Shown here in pieces: positions 35,582 through 44,725 of a DNA stretch of 44,781 bases. Under the pieces are notes generated by a model, which saw only the letters and a program-made list of their open reading frames with translations, was not told the DNA's origin and ran no database searches. Both the position numbers and the translations under genes were made by a program. How positions within the stretch are numbered: the stretch's first letter is position 1; each line of letters starts with the position of its first letter. Origin of the DNA: a virus; UHGV virus genome UHGV-0214457; one strand, 5' to 3'.

Positions 35582-36029
35582 CCCAGTATTTCACTTCTCC
35601 CTTTCTTCGTGCCTTGGCAGCTTCTTCTGCTGTATCATATCTCCCCAAATCCATACGTCTGCTATTAACGTATATCAAAGCTCGATATTTTCCCCTATCT
35701 GCCTCATAATGTACGCCATTATACCCGGTTCTATTCGTCCTCTGTTTTCGCTTGTTTCTGGCCTGTTCTGTTTCCGTAGCCCAATGACAGTTTTCAGGGC
35801 AATAATCTCCGTTTGTATCTTTTCTGTCAATGCTCAAATTATCAGTATATCCATTTTGCAAGGCCCATTGAATAAATTCCATTGAGTTGTTATTCCATCC
35901 CTCACAGACCTTTATTCCTCTACCACCATAATTATCATAATCCTTGTCATTCGGGTTATTGCATCTCTGACGGATACCCTGCCATATTTTATATATCCTT
36001 GGATAATTTTTCTTTGCCCCACTACGCAC
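35553..36029 (-). CDS. HNH homing endonuclease with AP2 domain
   Basis: YGGRGIKVCEGW..NGYTDNLSIDRKDT..YCPENCHWATETEQ plus AP2-like GKYRALIYVNSRRMDLGRYDTAEEAAKAR. Confidence 0.7.
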   Translation of the reverse strand: MRSGAKKNYPRIYKIWQGIRQRCNNPNDKDYDNYGGRGIKVCEGWNNNSMEFIQWALQNGYTDNLSIDRKDTNGDYCPENCHWATETEQARNKRKQRTNRTGYNGVHYEADRGKYRALIYVNSRRMDLGRYDTAEEAAKARRKGEVKYWGAMPQAHYQ

Positions 36030-37299
36030 TGTGTCCCCTCCTCATAGCCATAGGAGAAATGCTATACCGTAAGGCATCTATCCAGTGGTCATTTCCGTCT
36101 GGATAATCTGCAATCACTTCTCCGTTGCTATCAATCTCATGCTCATACTCTATAATCTCTTTGTATGCCCTTGGCGTTCTGGCTGGGTCTATGACGATTG
36201 TACGACACTGTAGCCATTCATACGTATATTTCCTACTCCCAGGCGTTACAATAGCACTACGGGCTGGAATACCAGCGTCACGAAGGTCAACAATACTTTC
36301 CTTCTCGTCCACTCCACACATAAGAGTATAATCATCGTATCCTTTTTCCTGTATCATGCGAGCCATATCAGAGTTTCTAATCTTGCACCCGCCTAATTCA
36401 TCTAATAACACAATTTTTTCTTTATTTGCTACATAGGCTGCCCGAATAAATGCTTTAGGGTCAGGCCACCACCCAAAATCCTGACCTTGATATATAGATT
36501 GATAGCTCTGTATTTCTTCATCCGTGATTGTTCTAATCTCCAGCATATCAAATATATTTGTGCCAAGCCCAACCGGCAAACCTAAATACTCATGATTATA
36601 TGCCCGCTCATTGGTGGCTTTAAGATGTTCAGCACGCTCAACAAACATTTCTCCCAGCCATTCAATCGGCACAGAACGGTAATCGCTTTTATGCCTATAC
36701 GCGCTATCGTCTGGAGTATTCACATACTGATTCGCCCAGTTGCTTTGACTGATAGGCGGGTTGAAGGATTTAAATACAACAAACTTGCTGCCACCACGCA
36801 ATACTGACTGTTCAACAGTTCGTATTTCTTCCGGTCCTGCAAATTCGTCCAGTTCCTCGAACCATAGATATTTAAAGTATCCCTTACTGGCCTTTATAGA
36901 TTTTGTTTTCTTTGCTTTGTCAAGTCCACGGAATATTATCTTTTGCCCTGTCGGCTTATAAACAAATCGGTATGGGCTTGTACGGGATTCCCATAATTCC
37001 GTTACTCCCAGTGCATCTATGGCCCACTGTATCTGCTCAAATACTGATTCTCCAATGGTTACGGCATATTTACGGAATATAACAGCATTGGCCTCTGGGT
37101 CGTCCATCATACCTAGCACAATCTCCGCTGATATAAAAGAGGACTTTGCGGAACCTCGCCCGCCGTACAGGTCGTAATATGTATGATTACCGTCCAGAAT
37201 ATCCCAGTGAACGTCATAGAAGGATGGGGCGATTACGTCAGTCAGTTTAACAATTTCACCCATAATCTTTGTTCTACCTTTCTTCCTTTGGTATATCAT
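36022..37299 (-). CDS. terL: terminase large subunit (PBSX/Terminase_3-like)
   Basis: Walker A LYGGRGSAKSS; 425 aa. Confidence 0.85.
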   Translation of the reverse strand: MIYQRKKGRTKIMGEIVKLTDVIAPSFYDVHWDILDGNHTYYDLYGGRGSAKSSFISAEIVLGMMDDPEANAVIFRKYAVTIGESVFEQIQWAIDALGVTELWESRTSPYRFVYKPTGQKIIFRGLDKAKKTKSIKASKGYFKYLWFEELDEFAGPEEIRTVEQSVLRGGSKFVVFKSFNPPISQSNWANQYVNTPDDSAYRHKSDYRSVPIEWLGEMFVERAEHLKATNERAYNHEYLGLPVGLGTNIFDMLEIRTITDEEIQSYQSIYQGQDFGWWPDPKAFIRAAYVANKEKIVLLDELGGCKIRNSDMARMIQEKGYDDYTLMCGVDEKESIVDLRDAGIPARSAIVTPGSRKYTYEWLQCRTIVIDPARTPRAYKEIIEYEHEIDSNGEVIADYPDGNDHWIDALRYSISPMAMRRGHSA

Positions 37300-37684
37300 T
37301 CAAAATAGTAATACCTTCTGTGTTATCTCCCCTTTTAGTGTTATCCATAAACTTATCAACCACAATTCCCATAGCTGTTGCAATTTGTGAAATAGTAGCG
37401 TTTTCTAATTTCTTTGGGTCTGCTAACTTCTTTAAATATTCATCAATGATTCCCTGCGCCTGTTCTTTTCGGGAATCCATATAAGCTAACATGTCCGCTG
37501 TGTTCTGTTCCTTTTTTTGTTTGCATTTTTGTGCAATATCTGCATTTTGTGTGCATATTTTTTTGACTGTGTTCAGCGCCACTCCAAATCTCTTTGCTGT
37601 AGCATTGTAGCTTCCAGTCTCTACATAATCAGCAATAATATCTTTTTTCTGCTTATCCGTCAGTCTGGAAGCCACAATCACCAC
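37274..37684 (-). CDS. terS: terminase small subunit (HTH)
   Basis: position, size, N-terminal HTH TGSYNATAKRFGVALNTVKK. Confidence 0.5.
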   Translation of the reverse strand: MVIVASRLTDKQKKDIIADYVETGSYNATAKRFGVALNTVKKICTQNADIAQKCKQKKEQNTADMLAYMDSRKEQAQGIIDEYLKKLADPKKLENATISQIATAMGIVVDKFMDNTKRGDNTEGITILNDIPKEER

Positions 37685-37812
37685 CCCTTATTCTTTGTGC
37701 TTCACACGGTATAATAGTCCTATACTAATTTTACCATGTTCGCGTTGGTCAAACCGTCCCCACATTTAAGCGTATTCATTGTTTCTACTTAACTCCACCC
37801 TTTGCCTTATCG

Positions 37813-37995
37813 TTATTGTGAATACTTGACTGTACCAAATATCTGTGCTTTATGCGCTTCTGCCCTAAGACAACTTTTTGTTTCGTGACAGTACAGCCTG
37901 CATTCATCTTCATAACAATCAGCAAATGTATCAAAGGTTTTTTCTGTTTCAACCGTTTTGATTAAACTTGTTTCTTTACGATATGGGCATTTCAT
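37813..37995 (-). CDS. small Cys-rich hypothetical protein
   Basis: ORF. Confidence 0.3.
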   Translation of the reverse strand: MKCPYRKETSLIKTVETEKTFDTFADCYEDECRLYCHETKSCLRAEAHKAQIFGTVKYSQ

Positions 37996-38131
37996 TTTTT
38001 TATTTCCTCCATTTTCTCCGCAATGTTTTCAAGCATTACCATATCTTCATCGGTTAATTTCTTACTGGCTTCTATAGCCAATCGTAAGGCATATAAAAAC
38101 TCTGTTACTCGTATAGTGCTATTAGTATTAA

Positions 38132-38434
38132 TCATCCTTTCCACCTCCCAAACAATGTCATTAACCGCCTATATTCATCCAACGTTTTTCTTTGATACCC
38201 GTAAAAGTCATCCCGTTTAATTGGTATATTCTTTCGCTTGCTCATCTTGTCATATCCGATATTACTTACAAGGCTTTCGTATATCTCCACCTCCAGGCCA
38301 GGAGCGGAGGATATGGCGCACTGGAACAATGTTAGCTTATCTTCTACGCTGGCGGTCTGGCAGTATTCTTTTATGCGTCTGGCTTCATCATCCGTAATTC
38401 CATAATCGCTATAGTTCTTGTCCCTGGTCCTCAT
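38132..38434 (-). CDS. hypothetical protein
   Basis: ORF. Confidence 0.4.
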   Translation of the reverse strand: MRTRDKNYSDYGITDDEARRIKEYCQTASVEDKLTLFQCAISSAPGLEVEIYESLVSNIGYDKMSKRKNIPIKRDDFYGYQRKTLDEYRRLMTLFGRWKG

Positions 38435-38445
38435 AGCCCTCCTTC

Positions 38446-39492
38446 CTACACATTAACTCTTTCTCTTACTGAACGAAGAGTGCGCGGGTTAGACTGTGCA
38501 TAATAACGTGCCGTAACTCCTGGGTCTGCATGTCCCATAATTTCCTGTATGGTCCCAATATCAACTCCTCTATTTTTCAGATTCATTCCCAGCGTCTTGC
38601 GTGACTTATGCGGATATACCCGGCATGTTAGTTCAGCTCTCTTTCTTATGGTTTTCAATATCGCCCGAAATCCACAAGTAGTCATCTTTCCATACGGTTT
38701 TCTGGAGCGTGGGAACATATATAGACAATCATCTTTCCTGCTGTCCAAATACAGGCCATAATAATGCCGCGCATCATCATCCAGATAGATTGTGCGATAT
38801 TTTCCGCTTTTCTCTCCCTGTATACATATGTCGCCGGTTCTCATATCTACCTGGTCCAAGGCTATTTCCGCAATTTCTCCTATCCTGGCCCCAGTACTGC
38901 GCAGCACCTCCAACAATGCTCTCTCCCGGATATTTTTACATGCATCTCTTAATCTTGCTGATTCTTCCGGGTTGTAATAGTCTATAGGCTTAACTGGGAC
39001 TTTTTTAGCAGGTATAGACTCTACGGGATTATCTGTAATAAGCTTTTCAAGACGCATCCATGTAAAGAATGCCGACAGAAAACGGCGCTCGTTATTATAA
39101 GTACTGGGCTGGTTTTTCTTACCACCACTGGACACATTTCTAATTTCATACCGCGATAAATACCAATCAATATCCGTGGTATCCATCTGATCCAGTGATT
39201 TTGTGCTTATCTCTGTCAGCAATCTTCGTATGGCGTTAAGATAGTTTTCTTTGGTTCCTCTTGCTAAATCGCGTTTTTTGACCAGGAATAATTGTATTAT
39301 GTACTGATTCCTCTGGCTTATATCATCCTTTCTTTCTGCTGGAAGTGTAGTTATTTCCTCCATATTCACCCTTACTAATTCCTGCTGCATTACATTTTGA
39401 AGAATGGTAAGAGTCTGCTGCTCCATGATATATAAGGACATTGCTACCAGTACATTGTTGATTATTTCAGCTTTTATTGTCTGTGTACTCAT
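38446..39492 (-). CDS. second tyrosine recombinase (phage integrase/XerC-like); probable ATG at 39492, 349 aa
   Basis: RIGEIAEI...HKSRKT...MGHADPGVTARYY catalytic motifs; GAGGAGG RBS before the ATG; the track ORF extends to a GTG at 39594. Confidence 0.75.
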   Translation of the reverse strand: MSTQTIKAEIINNVLVAMSLYIMEQQTLTILQNVMQQELVRVNMEEITTLPAERKDDISQRNQYIIQLFLVKKRDLARGTKENYLNAIRRLLTEISTKSLDQMDTTDIDWYLSRYEIRNVSSGGKKNQPSTYNNERRFLSAFFTWMRLEKLITDNPVESIPAKKVPVKPIDYYNPEESARLRDACKNIRERALLEVLRSTGARIGEIAEIALDQVDMRTGDICIQGEKSGKYRTIYLDDDARHYYGLYLDSRKDDCLYMFPRSRKPYGKMTTCGFRAILKTIRKRAELTCRVYPHKSRKTLGMNLKNRGVDIGTIQEIMGHADPGVTARYYAQSNPRTLRSVRERVNV

Positions 39493-39523
39493 AATTATAT
39501 CCTCCTCATTCGTATTGATTTTC

Positions 39524-39555
39524 ACGTCTGAGTAAGGTATAATATACTCAGACGT
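39524..39555. promoter_or_regulatory. perfect 11-bp inverted repeat ACGTCTGAGTA-N10-TACTCAGACGT directly upstream of the second recombinase gene (recombination core site or operator)
   Basis: read directly; the spacer contains TATAAT. Confidence 0.5.
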
Positions 39556-39667
39556 ATTTACGGGAGCGGCGGAATCATCTTGGCGGGTGACCACCGCTCA
39601 GTTTTTATTCTGTGCATATAATTTTTTCCTCAATTTGTTTTTTCTTAGGTTATAAAATTTCAGTTTG

Positions 39668-39916
39668 TTACTTTCTTTTCCAATATTTACAAACTGATTT
39701 TCCAGTGATATTTTTTATTTGCTCTCTGAAATCTCCTCCAAAAGGCAAATCATAATCATCTTCTAAGTCCGAAGAGTGTTTACATACAGGATAAACATAT
39801 GATGGTAGTTCACATCTTCCATATTCACCATATTGTCCATTAAAACAATCCCATTCTTTAAACAATTTACATGATTCACAATTTTTATTGCATTTCTTTT
39901 TCTGTCTACTATTCAT
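39668..39916 (-). CDS. Cys-rich hypothetical protein
   Basis: ORF. Confidence 0.35.
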   Translation of the reverse strand: MNSRQKKKCNKNCESCKLFKEWDCFNGQYGEYGRCELPSYVYPVCKHSSDLEDDYDLPFGGDFREQIKNITGKSVCKYWKRK

Positions 39917-39935
39917 TCTCTATCTTCTCCAAATT

Positions 39936-40346
39936 TCAGTTTAGCAGATTAGGGCTATCATAAATATTCCCCATAATAACAAGTTCTTCACAACAAGACA
40001 AATAATCATAATTTGTTCCATATTGGTCTTTTCCATTTGTCCCCTTAAAATTCAGCTCTGAGTCATCCCAAATAATCTTTCTAACATTGACTTGTCCATC
40101 ATAGACACATTCGACAATGTCACCTTCCCATATCTTTAAACCGTTTTTATCAGTTAATCCGGTATACTGGCAGATGGTGGACGGTTCTATCTCAATCCAT
40201 TCGCCATATCTTTCATCATATCCATGATACAGAGCATCACTGTTAAATATCGGAAGGATATAATGACATTTACGACAGAGTACATAATACCCTTCCACCC
40301 ATTCGCCATTATCACGGCCCTTTGCTTTAAATAATATTTCTCTCAC
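39936..40346 (-). CDS. YopX-family phage protein
   Basis: N-terminal MREILFKAKGRDNGEWVEG.., C-terminal VIMGNIYDSPNLL. Confidence 0.6.
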   Translation of the reverse strand: MREILFKAKGRDNGEWVEGYYVLCRKCHYILPIFNSDALYHGYDERYGEWIEIEPSTICQYTGLTDKNGLKIWEGDIVECVYDGQVNVRKIIWDDSELNFKGTNGKDQYGTNYDYLSCCEELVIMGNIYDSPNLLN

Positions 40347-40378
40347 TTTATAGCTCCTTTCGTTTAATTGGTTAAATG

Positions 40379-40843
40379 CTAATTTTCCAACATCGGCAGC
40401 ATTGCTGGCATCTGCCCCGTCTGGTATGCCATCTCAATCTGCGGTGCAATCCATTCTCCAGCCGTCCGTCCATCTGGCAATACAATATCGTACAAAAACT
40501 CCCGCTCCACCGTGCTGATACCAGCCTCCACCGCCTCCAGCTTAGCCTTGACAATTAAATACAGTGCCCTCCAACGGCTTCGGCAGGCTTGCTCCCATGC
40601 AGTATGCGCCGCATCATCCGCCCGGCGTTGCCCTCGGCCCGGAGTATACCAAAATTCTTTCGCTGACTTGTCTGGGAGAGGAAGCAGAAATCGAATCTGC
40701 CGCCCGGACATTGTAAATCCGATAACCGCCATATTAGCTTTGTATCCGCTCACAAACTGTTCTGCTCCGTGTGTTTGAACAAGCTCTTCTATATTTGCCT
40801 TCGTCCGTGCCACGGATACCGTAGTTTTTTCAGCATATGCCAT
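40379..40843 (-). CDS. hypothetical protein on a GC-rich island
   Basis: ORF; local GC far above the window average. Confidence 0.4.
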   Translation of the reverse strand: MAYAEKTTVSVARTKANIEELVQTHGAEQFVSGYKANMAVIGFTMSGRQIRFLLPLPDKSAKEFWYTPGRGQRRADDAAHTAWEQACRSRWRALYLIVKAKLEAVEAGISTVEREFLYDIVLPDGRTAGEWIAPQIEMAYQTGQMPAMLPMLEN

Positions 40844-40877
40844 CTTGTACCTCCTTCTCTATCAAATGCTAATTTTG

Positions 40878-42254
40878 TTATGCAAACTTTAATTGTATTT
40901 CACTATCATCAATCCTCATATTTGGCATTCTCTCTCCAATTTTCAGATATGCACAATTGGCAGATACCAATGCCTGTGCCATAATTGGCACCACACTATT
41001 TCCAATTCTTGCCACCTGCTCACTAACAGGGTATGGCTTGCCCTCAATATCCCGGTTGAGTATATAATCCACTGGAAAACCCTGCATTTTTTTAAGTTCT
41101 TCCGGCATTAGCATTCGGAGAAAAATATCTTTCAAAATATATTGCTCCCCATCAATATCAGTGATTACATTAACAAGACCGAACCGATCCTTTGTTGTAA
41201 TAGTCCCCAATGGTCTTACTAACTCTTGTCCGCAACCAGTGCCGTAATACTTAATCAAAAATGCGGATATAAGCCCGAAATGCCCTGGTGATGTCGTGAT
41301 TGTGTGTAAAGGTTCATCGCATCCCTGCCCCGTCCCAGTTTTATAAAATTTTGTGACGAACGCCGTTACTAAACCATATCGGTTACTGGTATCAATTGTC
41401 TTTATCGGCTCCGTCAGAAGCTGCCCGCGTGAATCTCCTTCCCGCGTCTCACCATGGTACTGAATCATAAAAGCGACGGCATTCTGATTATGCACCGTAT
41501 AAGGTTTCGGATTATTCACCACGTACTTTATGTACCCGTTTGCAATCCGCTTCATGGTGGCGTCTGCAAGTGGTTTCTTCCGGTCGAATATGGAACGCCC
41601 CAAATCCGACCAATCAATATAATTTCCGCATTCCAGCCACTTCAACCGGCCATCGGATCCACTCTTATTGTGTGTCGGCTCCGGCCATATAATCGGATTC
41701 CCGTCTCTCCGGAAAATTGCATACCAGCGCCGTCGTGTTGTCGGCGCTCCGTAATCTGCTGCTACCAGTTCCCGGCTGTCGAAATCATATCCCAGCTTTT
41801 TCATGGCTGCTATAAATCGTTTATATTCCTCTCCAGCCCTTTCTTTTATTGGGTACCCTGCCTCGTCCAGAGGCCCCCACTGTTGTATTTCCTCGACGTT
41901 TTCCATCAGCACAACGGCAGGAAGTATTGCTTTAGCGTGCTTGTACACTGCCCACGGAAGGATTCTGAGTCCCTTGTTCCGCGGCTGTCCGCCTTTAGCC
42001 TTGCTATGGCTTGTGCAATCTGGGGATGCCCACATAAGCGCTACATGACGGCCCGCAACATACTTTTTAAGGTCAACCTTGAATATATCCTCTGTCAAAT
42101 GCAACGTATCCGGGTGATTAACTTTATGCATCCGAATCGCCTGCGGGTCATGGTTGATTGCAATATCAACCGGTCGCCCCAGTGCCATCTCTATTCCTAC
42201 GCTTGCCCCTCCGCCACCTGCGAAACAGTCAATAATCAAATCTCTCATTTTCAA
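40878..42254 (-). CDS. DNA (cytosine-5) methyltransferase with repeated target-recognition-like segments
   Basis: motif I DCFAGGGG, Cys motif SPDC, ENV, motif X GNSV; three tandem ~30-aa repeats (Y/FGL..AF..KYYGTG.GQ...PL.TITT). Confidence 0.8.
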   Translation of the reverse strand: MKMRDLIIDCFAGGGGASVGIEMALGRPVDIAINHDPQAIRMHKVNHPDTLHLTEDIFKVDLKKYVAGRHVALMWASPDCTSHSKAKGGQPRNKGLRILPWAVYKHAKAILPAVVLMENVEEIQQWGPLDEAGYPIKERAGEEYKRFIAAMKKLGYDFDSRELVAADYGAPTTRRRWYAIFRRDGNPIIWPEPTHNKSGSDGRLKWLECGNYIDWSDLGRSIFDRKKPLADATMKRIANGYIKYVVNNPKPYTVHNQNAVAFMIQYHGETREGDSRGQLLTEPIKTIDTSNRYGLVTAFVTKFYKTGTGQGCDEPLHTITTSPGHFGLISAFLIKYYGTGCGQELVRPLGTITTKDRFGLVNVITDIDGEQYILKDIFLRMLMPEELKKMQGFPVDYILNRDIEGKPYPVSEQVARIGNSVVPIMAQALVSANCAYLKIGERMPNMRIDDSEIQLKFA

Positions 42255-42326
42255 AAGGACCCGCTATAGCTTTTCTCCGGCCGGAGGTCGGCTCCTTTCT
42301 TAGTTTTCAAAATAACTCTTTATTGC

Positions 42327-42644
42327 TTATTCTATATTTGCAAATCCACCACGGATTTCCACAAACTTCACTTCATACTCATTAGCATAAAATTGTTCGC
42401 ACAATCTCTTCTTGAATTTGTTAACTAAGCAACCTCCCATACCGATAAGGTAACCTGGTTCGTTAGTGTAAATAGTTATTATGTGCTTTTCTAATTCGTT
42501 ATAGTATCCTACTGGTGAGGTAACACCAGCTTCTTTACACCATTCTTCAATCATATTGCAATTCTTATTGTGATTGTATTCTAAACACTCACCTCTAAAT
42601 CTTTCAAAAGAATCATCGTACATTCTAATTCTCCCTTCTCCCAA
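42327..42644 (-). CDS. hypothetical protein
   Basis: ORF. Confidence 0.4.
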   Translation of the reverse strand: MGEGRIRMYDDSFERFRGECLEYNHNKNCNMIEEWCKEAGVTSPVGYYNELEKHIITIYTNEPGYLIGMGGCLVNKFKKRLCEQFYANEYEVKFVEIRGGFANIE

Positions 42645-42651
42645 TGAAATG

Positions 42652-42936
42652 TTAATTTTTTAAATGTGTTTCTGCCTCTTCACGGGTTGCATATATACCA
42701 TCAAGCCCATGATAGGCAAGCATCTGTAAATTAAACCGTCTCGGCTCAACTTCCAATAAGGGATGATGCACTGTTTCCCTGCGAACAATCTCCCCTAAAT
42801 GGTCATACCCGTCATGTATGGTGTGCTCTGTATTGTAACCGTTATCAACCACTATATAAACAGTCTGCCCTAATTCAAATGGTATCCACATACTTCTCCT
42901 TTCACTAAACGTTAATTCACGAGCTTTTCCATCCAT
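42652..42936 (-). CDS. hypothetical protein
   Basis: ORF. Confidence 0.4.
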   Translation of the reverse strand: MDGKARELTFSERRSMWIPFELGQTVYIVVDNGYNTEHTIHDGYDHLGEIVRRETVHHPLLEVEPRRFNLQMLAYHGLDGIYATREEAETHLKN

Positions 42937-43232
42937 TCATCATCAAACATATACTGGTATTTTTCTGCAAGCTTTTTTATTAGTTTCATTTTAAGGTCAT
43001 ATAAACCATCACTCAAACTCTGACAACTATATGTTGTATGTCTTAAAAGGAAGCAGCTTTGCTTTAAAGCTAATATCTGTGTCACTAACTCGTCAATCTC
43101 TGGATTGGTATCTATAAAACCATCAACATCATCAATATTGTCATGTGACGCGAAATATTCGCATGATGTCAATACCGGATAGGGAATAGTTCTACCATCA
43201 ATTCTAATATCCAAATCTATATATTCGCGCAT
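42912..43232 (-). CDS. hypothetical protein
   Basis: ORF. Confidence 0.4.
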   Translation of the reverse strand: MREYIDLDIRIDGRTIPYPVLTSCEYFASHDNIDDVDGFIDTNPEIDELVTQILALKQSCFLLRHTTYSCQSLSDGLYDLKMKLIKKLAEKYQYMFDDEWMEKLVN

Positions 43233-43383
43233 TTGCTATCTCCTCTGAATCTTAATTTTTCAAACACTCCCATGTTCTCTGTTTCCAGTTGTATTTCCAG
43301 TTTATATCATCAAAACGATGATACTTTTTACATTTTACACACCATTGTACTTTCCTCATCTGGCACCTTCTTTTCTCAAATGT

Positions 43384-43542
43384 TTAATTTACTGGTTCCC
43401 AATACCAGTCAATCCGTTGCATGACAATTTCTTTAATATCCTCTTCTATTTCTTCGTCTGTCACCCCGTCCGGATATTCCAGCTCATCCTCTACATCAGT
43501 ACCAGCGTATCCATAATTAGCTTTATATTTTACTTTTCTCAT
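43384..43542 (-). CDS. small acidic 52-aa protein (MRKVKYKANYGYAGTDVEDELEYPDG...)
   Basis: GGAGA RBS; fills an otherwise empty 330-bp gap; not in the ORF track. Confidence 0.3.
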   Translation of the reverse strand: MRKVKYKANYGYAGTDVEDELEYPDGVTDEEIEEDIKEIVMQRIDWYWEPVN

Positions 43543-43562
43543 TTTTCATCTCCGTCAAAATC

Positions 43563-43793
43563 TTAATTGTCTGACTCACGACATTTTTTTATAATCTGTC
43601 TAAACTGCCGTACTGTCCATAAATCCCATCCGGCAATCCATTCCACCAGTCTGTTTTCCTCTTCCGTCAGCTCTATTCCTTCCAATGCCTTTTCTAATAT
43701 TTTTAAATCCTCTTCTAACATACCTTTCCTCCACAAAATAACGATATAGTGGATGTGCGCCAGACCGGAACCCCTGGCCGTATGGTCCTCCAT
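43563..43793 (-). CDS. hypothetical protein
   Basis: ORF. Confidence 0.4.
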   Translation of the reverse strand: MEDHTARGSGLAHIHYIVILWRKGMLEEDLKILEKALEGIELTEEENRLVEWIAGWDLWTVRQFRQIIKKCRESDN

Positions 43794-43920
43794 TATCTCT
43801 CCATAGGCACATCCGCTGCTGGTCTTACTGGTTGTGCATACACCAGAGCCACGCCAGCTATCTTTACGCAGTCTCGGTCCTGCGAATCAGGTACCGGTAT
43901 GCGCTGCTGTGTTATAAGCA

Positions 43921-44208
43921 TTACACGGGCATCTGGTATGGGCATAGGCTGCCAAGGTAACACCGGTCCACAAATTCCGCTGCCTCGCCGCTCTCCAGCG
44001 CTTTAATAGCCATCTCGTAAGCCTGTATCTGCCTCTCCGCCTCTGCTATAAAACCTATCTTGTCAGGTATCGTGTTTCCGACAATTCCAGTGCGTACCAT
44101 TTGCGCCCATCCCTTATCTGTAGTTTGGTAGCGGTATGTATTAATGTGCTCCTGTAATATCGCAATTGCTCCTTGTCTATCTATCATCCATCTACCTCCA
44201 TGCGCCAC
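43921..44208 (-). CDS. hypothetical protein
   Basis: ORF. Confidence 0.4.
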   Translation of the reverse strand: MAHGGRWMIDRQGAIAILQEHINTYRYQTTDKGWAQMVRTGIVGNTIPDKIGFIAEAERQIQAYEMAIKALESGEAAEFVDRCYLGSLCPYQMPV

Positions 44209-44486
44209 TCAACATCCCATTTGATTCTCTGCCCACAGTGTCCACAATATGGATAATTTGAATTGACCCCTTCACCACAAGATGGGCACAATCCGATATT
44301 CTCTTTGTCTTTAATAAAACACCTTTCATCCTCTGGTTTTTTTGCTATCTGTTTCTGTAGAGCTGATATGACAGCCTCAACATTTTTCAGTGGTATATTC
44401 TTAAATGACTTAACCTCTTGGCATCCCATCAATTTTGCATTTTCAACTACCATTGACAGGTCTTTCGCGATTCCTTCTTCAATCAT
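44184..44486 (-). CDS. zinc-ribbon hypothetical protein
   Basis: CPSCGEG...CGHCGQ. Confidence 0.4.
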   Translation of the reverse strand: MIEEGIAKDLSMVVENAKLMGCQEVKSFKNIPLKNVEAVISALQKQIAKKPEDERCFIKDKENIGLCPSCGEGVNSNYPYCGHCGQRIKWDVEWRMEVDG

Positions 44487-44725
44487 CCCTCTGCCTCCTT
44501 ATATGGCTCCGGTAATGGCATCCATGCCAGCACGTCCAGTTTATCCCACCCGTCAGTAAATGATGCTCCGTTCCAAAATGCCCTAATCACACAGTCTGTA
44601 GTTTTGACAGACACTAAATATATCTCCAATGGCTTGTTATCATATATTGGATTCTCTTCCGGTTTCTTTGGGAGCCGTTCCGAAGCGGGAATCCACGCAT
44701 CGCCCAGGGCCGCAATAGCTTCCAT
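44483..44725 (-). CDS. DUF551-domain phage protein (possibly continuing, by circular wrap, from the gene that starts at 55)
   Basis: C-terminal VLAWMPLPEPYKE; the frame is open upstream to the window end. Confidence 0.55.
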   Translation of the reverse strand: MEAIAALGDAWIPASERLPKKPEENPIYDNKPLEIYLVSVKTTDCVIRAFWNGASFTDGWDKLDVLAWMPLPEPYKEAEG

